From positions 1-64,000 of the IMG/VR virus record IMGVR_UViG_3300035698_003810: 64,000 nt of DNA; one strand, 5' to 3'. Source of the stretch: a virus. A program made the position numbers and the translations under genes. Positions 27,343 through 37,714 of this stretch are shown here, piece by piece (position 1 is the first letter of the stretch; each line of letters opens with the position of its first letter). The notes under the pieces are model-generated. The model saw only the letters and a program-made list of their open reading frames with translations. It ran no database searches and was not told where the DNA came from.

Positions 27343-30339
27343 ATGGCAATAGATTTTATAAACATATATGTTGATTTGGAACGGGCAACGGATGCATCTG
27401 GTATCACCGATTCATTGGGATTTATCCAATGTAACAGTGATAGTCCTGCGGGTACAACAACAAACCCATTGACTCTGGAACAATTCAGAACATATTTAAA
27501 ATATAATCATGTTAGAAAAACTCAAAACTTTTTTCTTAAAGGTAAAGTTGTTATTAATTTTTCTACAGGTGAACATAAAAATTCACATTTAAATACTGGT
27601 GTTTTATTTGAAACACCACATCATGGTGGAGATATACAAATAACAAATTGGGTAAATCCTGTGGATGATTTAGATTATCCTTGGAGTGTTATTGTGAGTG
27701 CATCTGAAGATGAAATTGATTATTGTAGTGTTATTACGAATAATGATAATGTTGAATTTAAAAATGGTGAAATAGAAATCACAGATACATATAAAAGACT
27801 TCAATTTGGAACATATTATAATGGTTTTGATGAAGATTTAGATAATGATAATAATACGTTAGCACTTGCCAATATGAAATTATACACAGAGGCTCTGGCA
27901 GATTTGTATGGCTATTGGTCATTAACATTTGCAAATTACAAATCATTAATTGTTGTTGGTTCTATTTTAAGTAATAAAACATTAATTGGTAGTATTATTG
28001 TAGAAAATAATTTCACCAATGATATGATTTGTTATTTTATCAATGATGTGTTTTATAATTTTAAATATATGATTGGTAATCCTGTTGATGATAATACACC
28101 TAAAATAAATGCAAAGGTAAAACAATCATCATTTACAAGTTCATTGAGTACGTTTTCTACAATAAATATACCTAAATGGATGTATAATATTTTTGATTTG
28201 GAAGATATGGTTGAAACTAACAATATTCAATTTGATTGGGGTGGAGCGAGTGCATGTGAAGAATCATTTGTAAATTTAAGTCAATCGGCAAACTTTAATT
28301 ATTTAGACCCGGAGGGTTGGGTTGATATATCTGTATCAGGTGTGATGAACACACGTAATTATGATGGTGTTATTACAAAAGAATATGCCACACCACAACT
28401 AACTACGTTTACAAAAGTTAGAGATGGTATAGGTGCATTGACATTTGGTTTGATGACTACACCATATATATCAGCAACAATGGATGGGACATTAGCAACG
28501 GTTGGTGATTTGAGTGGTTCTGTTTACGATTCTTTATATTTACCATCTTATTATAAGTGGTATTGGGGTGAATTATATGGAGATTTTAATGTAGAATTAA
28601 CATCAGCAACTGATGAATTTAGTGCAACACATGATTATTTAAGTCCGGGAAGTCATATTATTAATGTTGGTGCTATTTCTCATAATAATTGGTATGATAT
28701 AGGGTCATCTATATCTGTTAGTGTATTATTTACGTCGGCAAGTTACGATTATATATTGTTAAGAACATCGGCTTCATGTTTTGATGGTAACACCGATATA
28801 CAATCATATGAAATTATACAAGGAAATAATGTTTTATCGGCATATACATTTGATGATATCATAGTGTCAGCGGTAAATACAAGTCCATATGATAATAATA
28901 CTAAAATTTATAAATATGCTGGTGTTGATTGGAATGAGGGTTTAGGGTTTATTCAGTTATATTATTGGGAAGATACAGTTATTGGAGATTTTGTGTACCC
29001 GGATGGATATTTTGTAGAAAAAAATAAATACATATCTTCTGGACATCATCACGTATATTTTGGAACAAGATTGGATGATGATACTTTGAGTGGGTCATAC
29101 TTACCACTTAAACTTTATGATAGACCTCAAACCACATACTATGTAGATTTGGATGAATATTATGAAACTAATGGTAATAAATGGATTTACAAACAAACTG
29201 GAATATATGATACATTTGAAAATGGTTCTATTGATACTGGGTGGAGTGTTTCATTTAAAGGTGTTTATACTGTAGTTGATATGTGGGGAAGTAATTGTGC
29301 ATCAAATGGTATTGTGGATTTAATATCAGACCCGGTGTATTGGAATTTTGATTATGAATGGGAATTTGCAAGAACAGAAAAAGATAATATTCCACATTTT
29401 CTTATAAAGTCAATATCAAATGATGTATTGAAAGTAGCGTGGGATTTTGAAAATGATGTTATACAACTATTTCATTATGGTACTCAATATAATATAAAAT
29501 ACAATATGTCAAAGTTGGGGTATGTGAAGGATTTGAGGTGTCCTAATTCGTTAAGATTTTTACCAATTAGAGTTGTGCATTTACCAGAAAGTGATTTTGG
29601 TGATGGGTTATTGCATATATATGTTAAGTTTGGTGATGAATGGGTTGATTACACTGGAGTGCTCAATGGTGCAGGTATTGAAGAAGAAGATAAACGATTG
29701 TTTATGGAAGTATCTACTGACACAACAACGGGATTTAGGTATATCAAATTACAATCACAATGTGGTCTTCCATATTTAAATGGTTCGGAAGATTTACCAT
29801 TGACATATATAGAATTTTATAGAATGACTACATTTGATGATTTGGGTGATTTTGATAATGCAATACCAACGGCAGATTATAAATCTATATTTAAAATGAA
29901 AAATTATAGAAGGGTGTTAAGACCGTATGATATATTGGAATATAAATATTTTGAAATTGATGCATGGGATATGGCTATATATGGCCCGTGGATGTTGATG
30001 TATGATATCCATTTTAGTAATCCTATGAGGGGTACACTCACTAAGGTATCATGGCAAAATACAAAATTGTCAAATGGTATTATTTATAATATAAAAGAAG
30101 AAACATCGGAAGGTAAATATGTCCCGAATATTGAATTATCATTTATGTATGATATGTATATTGTGTGGAATTCTCCTTTTATATGTCCAACGTGTGATAA
30201 TAATTCAATATATCATGGATTTATCAGAATAATGACAGATGAAGTTCCAAATAGACCATATAGAAGTTTATTTGTAGATAATATTGGTGGGACTATAAAA
30301 TCAGAACGTGGTTTTGTAATGTACAACGAAGATGGATAA
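27343..30339 (+). CDS. large virion/tail protein with two beta-helix-cap-like modules
   Basis: IYVD...NPLT and internal TYYVD...GS...PLT motifs; beta-rich; tail module context. Confidence 0.6.
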   Translation: MAIDFINIYVDLERATDASGITDSLGFIQCNSDSPAGTTTNPLTLEQFRTYLKYNHVRKTQNFFLKGKVVINFSTGEHKNSHLNTGVLFETPHHGGDIQITNWVNPVDDLDYPWSVIVSASEDEIDYCSVITNNDNVEFKNGEIEITDTYKRLQFGTYYNGFDEDLDNDNNTLALANMKLYTEALADLYGYWSLTFANYKSLIVVGSILSNKTLIGSIIVENNFTNDMICYFINDVFYNFKYMIGNPVDDNTPKINAKVKQSSFTSSLSTFSTINIPKWMYNIFDLEDMVETNNIQFDWGGASACEESFVNLSQSANFNYLDPEGWVDISVSGVMNTRNYDGVITKEYATPQLTTFTKVRDGIGALTFGLMTTPYISATMDGTLATVGDLSGSVYDSLYLPSYYKWYWGELYGDFNVELTSATDEFSATHDYLSPGSHIINVGAISHNNWYDIGSSISVSVLFTSASYDYILLRTSASCFDGNTDIQSYEIIQGNNVLSAYTFDDIIVSAVNTSPYDNNTKIYKYAGVDWNEGLGFIQLYYWEDTVIGDFVYPDGYFVEKNKYISSGHHHVYFGTRLDDDTLSGSYLPLKLYDRPQTTYYVDLDEYYETNGNKWIYKQTGIYDTFENGSIDTGWSVSFKGVYTVVDMWGSNCASNGIVDLISDPVYWNFDYEWEFARTEKDNIPHFLIKSISNDVLKVAWDFENDVIQLFHYGTQYNIKYNMSKLGYVKDLRCPNSLRFLPIRVVHLPESDFGDGLLHIYVKFGDEWVDYTGVLNGAGIEEEDKRLFMEVSTDTTTGFRYIKLQSQCGLPYLNGSEDLPLTYIEFYRMTTFDDLGDFDNAIPTADYKSIFKMKNYRRVLRPYDILEYKYFEIDAWDMAIYGPWMLMYDIHFSNPMRGTLTKVSWQNTKLSNGIIYNIKEETSEGKYVPNIELSFMYDMYIVWNSPFICPTCDNNSIYHGFIRIMTDEVPNRPYRSLFVDNIGGTIKSERGFVMYNEDG

Positions 30340-30351
30340 GAGGGGAAATAA

Positions 30352-32130
30352 ATGTCAGTATATTATATAAATAAATTCAATAGTGTTGGTGGTATATATC
30401 CATATACACGACCAGAAGATGGCGCAAAAAATTTTTATGAGTTGGTGAAAAACCCAAACACAAAAGTTAATTATCAACATGGTGATAGTATTAGAGTGTA
30501 TAATCCGTGTGGTGGTGGTATTTGTGAAGTTGATGACACGGCTAATGATATTGAATTCAATAAAGAAGTTTCAATACTTCCTCACTCACCAAATAATGGT
30601 GTTATCATAAAATTAAAAAGTGATGGACAAGGATTAAAATTTTATAGAGGTGCATCAAAATCTGTTATAAGTGGATTAAGATTTACAAAGGAAACATTTA
30701 ATGGTGGTTCATTGATATATGGTGATGACGTTATATCTCTTTTGATAACTGATTGTGAGTTTGTTGCATCAACGGTTACTAATAATGGTATTTCTATTAA
30801 TTTGAATAATTGTCAACATGCATTAATTACTCGTTCATATATTGAAGCACCGATATATTCACTTGGTTATGCTGTGACATTGGATAATTGTCATAATTGT
30901 ACTGTATCATTTAATGGGATTAATTTGAATGCCGGAGCTGGTATTGGTGTTAATTGTATTACTAATGTAGAATCAGTTGGTAATTATATTGGTGCGAATG
31001 TTGTTTACAATATGGGTGCGGGGTCAATTGCTATTAATTTAGATGGAAAATTTAATAGCACTGGTTTAATGTATAATGTACTACGTCTTGCTGGAACAAA
31101 TTCATATGGTGTTATTGCCTCTATTCCTGTAAACTATGGTAATGATATTGGAATAAAAAATAATGTTTTTATTTTTGAAGAAGATTCAAGTGCATTGTTT
31201 GGATTATATATACCTGATTTTGGTGTTAATGCTACGTCAATGTATGATATTACAAATAATATATTTTATAATGAAACTACTTCAAATATAAAATTTGCAT
31301 ATGCATTGAGTGTTAGTGTCGATGTAGGAAGAAGTGTGGTGAATTATAATGTATTTGATAGATTCGATTCAAATAATATATATTTTTGGGGTGGTAATCC
31401 AAATACGCTATCAGCAATGGGAAGTAGAACATATACTGATATAGACCCACAATTATTGTATTATTATGATGATTCACCACCACAACCATATTCAATCACT
31501 GCGGTAGAATCATATCAATGTTCTGCATCATCTCAAACTCTTGGTTTGGGGCATTACCATGAACACATTGGAATGTTTGGTCAATTTTATAATGTTGGAT
31601 ATCCATATTGTAATTTTATTGATACGGTGACACATGAACTTGGGTCGGTAAGATTGGAAGCTGATAGCGCACACTTTACGTTTTTTAATAGTACATTTAC
31701 AGAATCAAAGGAAAATGTCAATTTAAATTATAGAAAATTTTATACGAGTGGTGACGTTTATGAAAATCAATATTCTTGGGAGTCAAGTGCAGCGGGTGAT
31801 TTTCCATTCACATCACAGAATCATTTATATAATAAAGATTTAATATATGTAATAACAAATAAAGATGAGCTTGAACCGTTCGATGGTATCTTTTGTCCAG
31901 CTAATCCGGGGTATGATTTTAGTGCTTATTCTGGATATGAAACTGGAATTTTTGGATTCTCAAGAGCAGAATATATAAATACTTGTATAAGTGAACCATG
32001 TATCATTATAGATGATATATACGCAGAATTTATATGGATTGATGAAATCAATGCAGCATATGTATTCCAAGATGCAATAAACCCACCGTGTGTTGATGAT
32101 GCACCGGTTTCTGCACCTATGGAATATTAA
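30352..32130 (+). CDS. right-handed beta-helix (pectin-lyase-like) tailspike protein
   Basis: Periodic N/G/I ladders (I.NN.F, ITNNIF, NYNVF). Confidence 0.7.
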   Translation: MSVYYINKFNSVGGIYPYTRPEDGAKNFYELVKNPNTKVNYQHGDSIRVYNPCGGGICEVDDTANDIEFNKEVSILPHSPNNGVIIKLKSDGQGLKFYRGASKSVISGLRFTKETFNGGSLIYGDDVISLLITDCEFVASTVTNNGISINLNNCQHALITRSYIEAPIYSLGYAVTLDNCHNCTVSFNGINLNAGAGIGVNCITNVESVGNYIGANVVYNMGAGSIAINLDGKFNSTGLMYNVLRLAGTNSYGVIASIPVNYGNDIGIKNNVFIFEEDSSALFGLYIPDFGVNATSMYDITNNIFYNETTSNIKFAYALSVSVDVGRSVVNYNVFDRFDSNNIYFWGGNPNTLSAMGSRTYTDIDPQLLYYYDDSPPQPYSITAVESYQCSASSQTLGLGHYHEHIGMFGQFYNVGYPYCNFIDTVTHELGSVRLEADSAHFTFFNSTFTESKENVNLNYRKFYTSGDVYENQYSWESSAAGDFPFTSQNHLYNKDLIYVITNKDELEPFDGIFCPANPGYDFSAYSGYETGIFGFSRAEYINTCISEPCIIIDDIYAEFIWIDEINAAYVFQDAINPPCVDDAPVSAPMEY

Positions 32131-32149
32131 ATTAACTGGAGGACTAATA

Positions 32150-34066
32150 ATGTCAACAAGTGCAACAAGACGAATTTTACATATAGCAACTGATAATCTT
32201 TCAGATTTGAAAGATAAACAATTTGGTAATGCATTAAGTGCATTTTCATATTACAAGACTCCAACTTTACCATCACATTGGGGTGCTAAAGATATATATA
32301 GTCAAGTGCAACATTTTGCATCATGGGATAAGAGTGTCGTATTTGACAAATTATATCTTGGTGGGGATGGTGTATCGAATGGCCCGATAACAATAGCCCG
32401 TGGTGCATCTGATGATGAACCTGTGGAGGGTACAACAAGAGCGGATAATTCTATTAATATTGGTAGGGGTTCTGGTATTAATATGGTAGACTCTGCTGGT
32501 CATATCAACATCGGTGATTTCACAGGTGCGGAGTCAAGAGGTGGTTCTGGTATATATGCTCAAAATGTTAATATTGGTTATTACACTGCTTTGTTTACAA
32601 ATGGTCAAGGTAATGTTAACATTGGAAGCACGGTTGCACATCAGATGATAGGTAATTATAATGTTTATGTTGGAATCAATGCCGGTATATACACGTCGGG
32701 GGATAGTAATTCTTTAATTGGAAATGGTGCTGCAAATTATTTTGATGGTAGCAATAATGTTGGTATTGGTAAAGATATTCTTTTTTATGCTAAAGGTAAC
32801 AATAATGCGGCATTTGGTGAAGGGAGTCTGTCATTTTCAGATACAAATTACACTGTGTCAATTGGGTATAGTGCTGGTTATTTTATGGAGTCTACATCTG
32901 GTTCGGTATTAATAGGGCGTGGTTCTGGTATGTATACATCAGGGAATTGTAATACTATTATTGGTGTTGATTCAGGTTCAACGGTATCTGGTGATGATAA
33001 TTTAGTGATTGGTAGAGGTATGGGTTTTAATATTGTTGGTCAAGATAATATTTATGTTGGTAGAGATGGTGTGTTTGCTACAAGTGGTAGTGGAAATATT
33101 GTATTTGGACATGGAGCATTTGTTCCAGTTTTGCCTCAACCTGATGTTGGTAAAGTTAAACGTGAAACTTGTGTTGTTATTGGACGATACGCAGCGGAAG
33201 TAGTTTCTAACGATTCAATAGATTCTATTTGTATTGGGAACCATGCATGTGCATCTGCATCAACGATGGATAGAGTGGTTGGTATTGGTAAAGATGTATT
33301 TGGAAATGGTGGTGTAATAACTGACAATGTGGCAATAGGAACAAGTGCCGGATATTACTCATCTCATTATAATAGTGTTTTGGTTGGATTGAATGCTGGT
33401 GCTGAAGGTGGGCATATATCTGGGGAATTAATTGCTATTGGGTCAAGAGCCGGATACAAATCAAATTCATATAGAACGATTGCTATTGGTGAAGATGCCG
33501 GTGCAAATTGTCCTTCTGGCCTTGCTGTTGGTACATTCATTGGTAGTGAAGCAGGTAGATACGGACAAATGAATGACTGTTTGGCAATTGGGGAACAAGC
33601 CGGATATGGTGCCTCTGCGGTTGACAGTATGTTTATTGGTGAGCTTGCAGGAAAAAATTCTACTGGTGGGAATTGCGTTTTCATTGGTGAGACTGCCGGA
33701 GAAAATAATACTGAAAATAATAAATTTGCAATTACAAATGGAAGTGCCATTTTATTGAGTGGTGACTTTACAACTAAAGAAGTTATTATTGACCACGTAA
33801 AATTTCCAAGAACTAATGAACCAACGGTTGTAGATGGACATGCATATATATTTGCATCAGCAGCTGGGGCATTTGGTTCACAAACAGAATTGTATGTTGA
33901 AGATAGTCAATCTAACATAACAAGAATTTCTCCCCATAATGATGAAGGGGATTGGGAATATTTTTCTCGTAATAGAAATACAGGAAAAACAATTAAAATT
34001 AATATGGAAAAATTTATCCGTAAGATGGAAGATTTTACTGGTGAAAAATTTATAGAGGAATTATAA
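32150..34066 (+). CDS. tail fibre with YadA-head-like repeats
   Basis: Many ~14-aa repeats of the N(V/I)xIGxx(A/S)G type; GGAGG before ATG 32150. Confidence 0.8.
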   Translation: MSTSATRRILHIATDNLSDLKDKQFGNALSAFSYYKTPTLPSHWGAKDIYSQVQHFASWDKSVVFDKLYLGGDGVSNGPITIARGASDDEPVEGTTRADNSINIGRGSGINMVDSAGHINIGDFTGAESRGGSGIYAQNVNIGYYTALFTNGQGNVNIGSTVAHQMIGNYNVYVGINAGIYTSGDSNSLIGNGAANYFDGSNNVGIGKDILFYAKGNNNAAFGEGSLSFSDTNYTVSIGYSAGYFMESTSGSVLIGRGSGMYTSGNCNTIIGVDSGSTVSGDDNLVIGRGMGFNIVGQDNIYVGRDGVFATSGSGNIVFGHGAFVPVLPQPDVGKVKRETCVVIGRYAAEVVSNDSIDSICIGNHACASASTMDRVVGIGKDVFGNGGVITDNVAIGTSAGYYSSHYNSVLVGLNAGAEGGHISGELIAIGSRAGYKSNSYRTIAIGEDAGANCPSGLAVGTFIGSEAGRYGQMNDCLAIGEQAGYGASAVDSMFIGELAGKNSTGGNCVFIGETAGENNTENNKFAITNGSAILLSGDFTTKEVIIDHVKFPRTNEPTVVDGHAYIFASAAGAFGSQTELYVEDSQSNITRISPHNDEGDWEYFSRNRNTGKTIKINMEKFIRKMEDFTGEKFIEEL

Positions 34067-34515
34067 TGGCTGGTTTAATTGATGATAAAGATAAAAATAG
34101 ATTTACAAGACAATTGGAGATAAATCCAAGTGGTACTAACGGATTGTATTTTATGTTATCTGCTGGAGATACATACGGTGCTGATATTTATGGGGATGTT
34201 CAAATATTTTCATTTGTTAGTATTAATTCAGTAGCTATAGCCGTTGGCAGTAGATATGAAGGTGGTTCATACTTTTTAAGTGCTAATGGGCAATTGACTA
34301 ATAGTGATTTTGGTACGACAAGTGCATCTGTACATGAGAATGGTTCGCAGTTAACAGTAACGGTTCAATCATATAGTATGTATGGTATTATGGAAATTTT
34401 ATTTACAAATGCTAATGCGACTGATATTATGACGGTGGTTACTAATATAGAATTTCAAAATGTTATGTATGATGCTTACATGGTTGAAGTTCCAGACCCA
34501 CCATCATTACCATAG
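34066..34515 (+). CDS. small fibre-associated beta protein, paralog 1
   Basis: IDDKDKNRFT ... NIEF shared with next two ORFs. Confidence 0.7.
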   Translation: MAGLIDDKDKNRFTRQLEINPSGTNGLYFMLSAGDTYGADIYGDVQIFSFVSINSVAIAVGSRYEGGSYFLSANGQLTNSDFGTTSASVHENGSQLTVTVQSYSMYGIMEILFTNANATDIMTVVTNIEFQNVMYDAYMVEVPDPPSLP

Positions 34516-34523
34516 GAGAAATA

Positions 34524-34943
34524 ATGGCAATAGGAAGTCGTATAGATGATATATTATTGAGTAGATTTACAAAGAGAATGGCGATAGCAAATGCATCGGC
34601 ATATACTCTTACATTTACTAATACATGGGGATTCACAACGTGGGCTGCTGGTGTTGAGGTGAAAGTTGCTTTACATAGACCAAGTGTTAGTGCTACAAAT
34701 CTTGGTTCTTATTGGATTGGTGGTACATTTGTTATTAGTGGTGGTGTTTTTATAGAATCTGATATTACAATAAGAAGAGAAAGTTGTACATTGAGTGGTG
34801 ATTTTGATGCAATTTTTGCTGTGAATAGTACTGATAACAAATCAATAGATATTGCATTGACAAATGGTGGTGCTGATTGTAGTGCCGTGTGTAATGTAGA
34901 ATTTTATACAGCTTATGGATATACTATAAGCGCATCACCATAG
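34524..34943 (+). CDS. small fibre-associated beta protein, paralog 2
   Basis: IDDILLSRFT ... NVEF; AGGAG RBS. Confidence 0.7.
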   Translation: MAIGSRIDDILLSRFTKRMAIANASAYTLTFTNTWGFTTWAAGVEVKVALHRPSVSATNLGSYWIGGTFVISGGVFIESDITIRRESCTLSGDFDAIFAVNSTDNKSIDIALTNGGADCSAVCNVEFYTAYGYTISASP

Positions 34944-34952
34944 GAGAAAATA

Positions 34953-35357
34953 ATGCCTAAATATGTAGATGATATGAAGAAGAATAGATTTACAATTGCA
35001 GCTAATGGGTTACCTGTTGGTAGTACATATTATAAATTTGACCACAAAAGTGGACAATCGGTATATCGTGGTGCAATGATGGTAACTATGACATCTCTTG
35101 ATAATTCACAAATATCAAACATGGGATGTGTTAGAGTTATAAATACATTTGAGGTTGATGCTGGAGTTTTACAAAATGTAGGTGCATTTGTTCCGGTTTA
35201 TACTAATGGTGCCGTTGGTCTTACACTTGCTATGGGTATTGTTACTAACGATTTAGCAATACAAGTATTTAATGATGGTATTATACGAGATATTATATTG
35301 AATTTTGAATTTTTAATGCCTGATGATGATTTTATGATATTTACAGGAGCTGTTTAA
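34953..35357 (+). CDS. small fibre-associated beta protein, paralog 3
   Basis: VDDMKKNRFT ... NFEF; AGGAG RBS. Confidence 0.7.
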   Translation: MPKYVDDMKKNRFTIAANGLPVGSTYYKFDHKSGQSVYRGAMMVTMTSLDNSQISNMGCVRVINTFEVDAGVLQNVGAFVPVYTNGAVGLTLAMGIVTNDLAIQVFNDGIIRDIILNFEFLMPDDDFMIFTGAV

Positions 35358-35374
35358 ATTGAAAGGAATTAATT

Positions 35375-36217
35375 ATGGAAATTGATATTAAAGAATTGAG
35401 AAGTCGTGATATAAAAAAAAGAGAAAAAAATATTAAAGATATTGAGACATTTAAAAAATATGATATTAAAATATTGACACCATTTTATAATGTGATTGAT
35501 ACAAAGACTGAAAGGGCAATTTTAAAATTATTAGATTCAAAGACATTGAATTGTGCATGGTTATCATTACAAGGTACAGCGATTGCATATATTAGAAATA
35601 AACTTGTTAATGATGGTAACTCAGATTTACAATATCAGAAATTAAATGATGGGTTTACTCATTATTTATTTATAGATTCAGATACAGTTGTTAATGAAAA
35701 TACAGTTAAAAAATTATTATCATATGATTTGGATATAGTTGCCGGAGCATATGTTAGTAGAGAATCTGAACACTGTTATGTTGGTGGACATTTTAAATAT
35801 GAAGATGATAATATAATTGATTTTGTAAATATAGAAAAAACAACTAAAGGCTTAATTGAAGTTGATTGGATTGGTGCAGGATGTTTACTTATAAAGAAAG
35901 AAGTATTTGAAAATCTTCCATATCCTTGGTTTCATTACCCTATTATTGAAAAAATGTATAATGGGGAAAAACACACACAAATGGTATTTGAAGATGTGGG
36001 TTTTTCAATGTTAGCAAAAAAGTATGGTTATAAAATTTTTATGGATTGTGATGTTGAAGTAACACATTATGCAAGAAACTATCAAAGAGAAAATGTAACA
36101 GATTTTGAATTGCTATTTACAAATGTTAGTGATGATATGAATAAGGTATTTCAATTAATGAGAATGATGAGTTATAGAATAAATGATTTGGAAAAAAAGA
36201 AAGAGGACGATAAATAA
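35375..36217 (+). CDS. GT-A fold glycosyltransferase (GT2-like)
   Basis: RN.L, YLFIDSD (DxD), GAGCLLIKKEVFE, EDVGF, G.KI..D......H. Confidence 0.88.
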   Translation: MEIDIKELRSRDIKKREKNIKDIETFKKYDIKILTPFYNVIDTKTERAILKLLDSKTLNCAWLSLQGTAIAYIRNKLVNDGNSDLQYQKLNDGFTHYLFIDSDTVVNENTVKKLLSYDLDIVAGAYVSRESEHCYVGGHFKYEDDNIIDFVNIEKTTKGLIEVDWIGAGCLLIKKEVFENLPYPWFHYPIIEKMYNGEKHTQMVFEDVGFSMLAKKYGYKIFMDCDVEVTHYARNYQRENVTDFELLFTNVSDDMNKVFQLMRMMSYRINDLEKKKEDDK

Positions 36218-37674
36218 TGTCAACTTATTATGTAAATATAAGCAACGCAATTGCAATTGGTGATGGTTCAATTGGTTCACCATTAAATTATAATCAGTTA
36301 GTAAACTTTTTTAATCCTGAGTATATAATTGGTGGTGAGGTTATTGCAACGTCTGCTCAAGCTGGTGATGTTATAAAAGTTAAAGGTTCAAAAACTGAAG
36401 ATTATGCACCGTCTGATAATACTTATGTTGATATGTTTGTTAGTTTTCATGAATCATTGAGTGGTTCTTTTAGTATTGAAGGGTGGGATGTACTAACAGA
36501 AGGTTCTCCAATTTTATATAATGAGGAGACTCAATTTAGTTTATTTGGTAGAGCAAATGAGTATAAAACAAGTGCGATTGATTCAACATTAGATATAACA
36601 TTAAAAAATATCATAGTTGATAATTATGGTATTAATGACGGAGGTACATTTTCCGTATCATTATTTGATTATGGGTGGGCTTCACCAAGTAGACAAATTA
36701 ATATTGATTTTAAAACTGTTGCAATTAAAACTAATACACTCGGTCAATTTCATTTATCTGAAACTGCCGTTGGGACGAGCGGGTATTCTAATGTGAGTTT
36801 TTATGGGTGTACATTAGATTGTGATGATATGACTCAATTTAGTAGAATTAATACATTTGGGTTATATGATTGTATTTTATTACATGATAGTATGACTTTA
36901 GATTTACAATCATATTCTACACTTAAAGCATCAAATAATTTAACGACATTAGCAAGTTATACATCATATGTTGGTTCACCGGGTGATGTATCTCAATATA
37001 TAGCACCTACATTTAATGATAGTTTGATAAGTTATTCTGTTGAGTCAAATGCCGCAAATCAAATTGCGTATTATCAAAATAAAACAACATTAGAATATTC
37101 AAATTTTAATATACCCGAAGGTGGAGCAACAGATACATTTAGAACAACAAATGATTATGCAACGGGTTTGTTTGGTGAGACTCGTGTTGCTTATGGTGCA
37201 TATGTATTTGAAATCACAGTAAGTGATTTTGGGAAAGGTCATATCGGTTCATTTTATTTTGGTGGTGACTTTGAAAATGTTATAGTAACGGTTGACCCCG
37301 GAATAATTGAATTTAATCCTGTAACCTGTGCCGGTGTAAATACATCTGGTCTTGGTGCATCAATTATCAATCTTGTTGTTCCCAGTATTAGAACATTTGG
37401 TTTTAATTCATTTCCATTTGATTTTAGTGGAACACCTGTTGAAGGTGCATCACCATTGTATGTTAAATACCACGTTTACAATTACGAACCAAGGGGGCAA
37501 TTTGCTGGTAGATGGGAAGCATATGAATTCAGATGGTGGTTTGATTATGATACATCTGGTGGAACAACTGATTATATTGCATATGCTGTAGATAAAGTAA
37601 ATTGGTTATATTGTGGTGTTTATGGGCAAACATATGATGTTCGTTGTTGTGTAATGTATAGACCTATAGAATAA
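36217..37674 (+). CDS. virion protein with beta-helix cap and C-terminal PKD-like domain
   Basis: STYYVN...GDGS...P N-terminus; FSGTP.EG.SPL.V and W.FD at C-terminus. Confidence 0.65.
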   Translation: MSTYYVNISNAIAIGDGSIGSPLNYNQLVNFFNPEYIIGGEVIATSAQAGDVIKVKGSKTEDYAPSDNTYVDMFVSFHESLSGSFSIEGWDVLTEGSPILYNEETQFSLFGRANEYKTSAIDSTLDITLKNIIVDNYGINDGGTFSVSLFDYGWASPSRQINIDFKTVAIKTNTLGQFHLSETAVGTSGYSNVSFYGCTLDCDDMTQFSRINTFGLYDCILLHDSMTLDLQSYSTLKASNNLTTLASYTSYVGSPGDVSQYIAPTFNDSLISYSVESNAANQIAYYQNKTTLEYSNFNIPEGGATDTFRTTNDYATGLFGETRVAYGAYVFEITVSDFGKGHIGSFYFGGDFENVIVTVDPGIIEFNPVTCAGVNTSGLGASIINLVVPSIRTFGFNSFPFDFSGTPVEGASPLYVKYHVYNYEPRGQFAGRWEAYEFRWWFDYDTSGGTTDYIAYAVDKVNWLYCGVYGQTYDVRCCVMYRPIE

Positions 37675-37675
37675 A

Positions 37676-37683
37676 TATAAATA
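37676..37683 (+). promoter_or_regulatory. T4-type late promoter
   Basis: Intergenic TATAAATA. Confidence 0.8.
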
Positions 37684-37714
37684 ATTAAAAAGATGATTAA
37701 TTTTTGGAGTATAA

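Noticed and set aside
30366-30373. TATAAATA within coding sequence
   Set aside because: Expected by chance in AT-rich DNA; lies just inside a gene start
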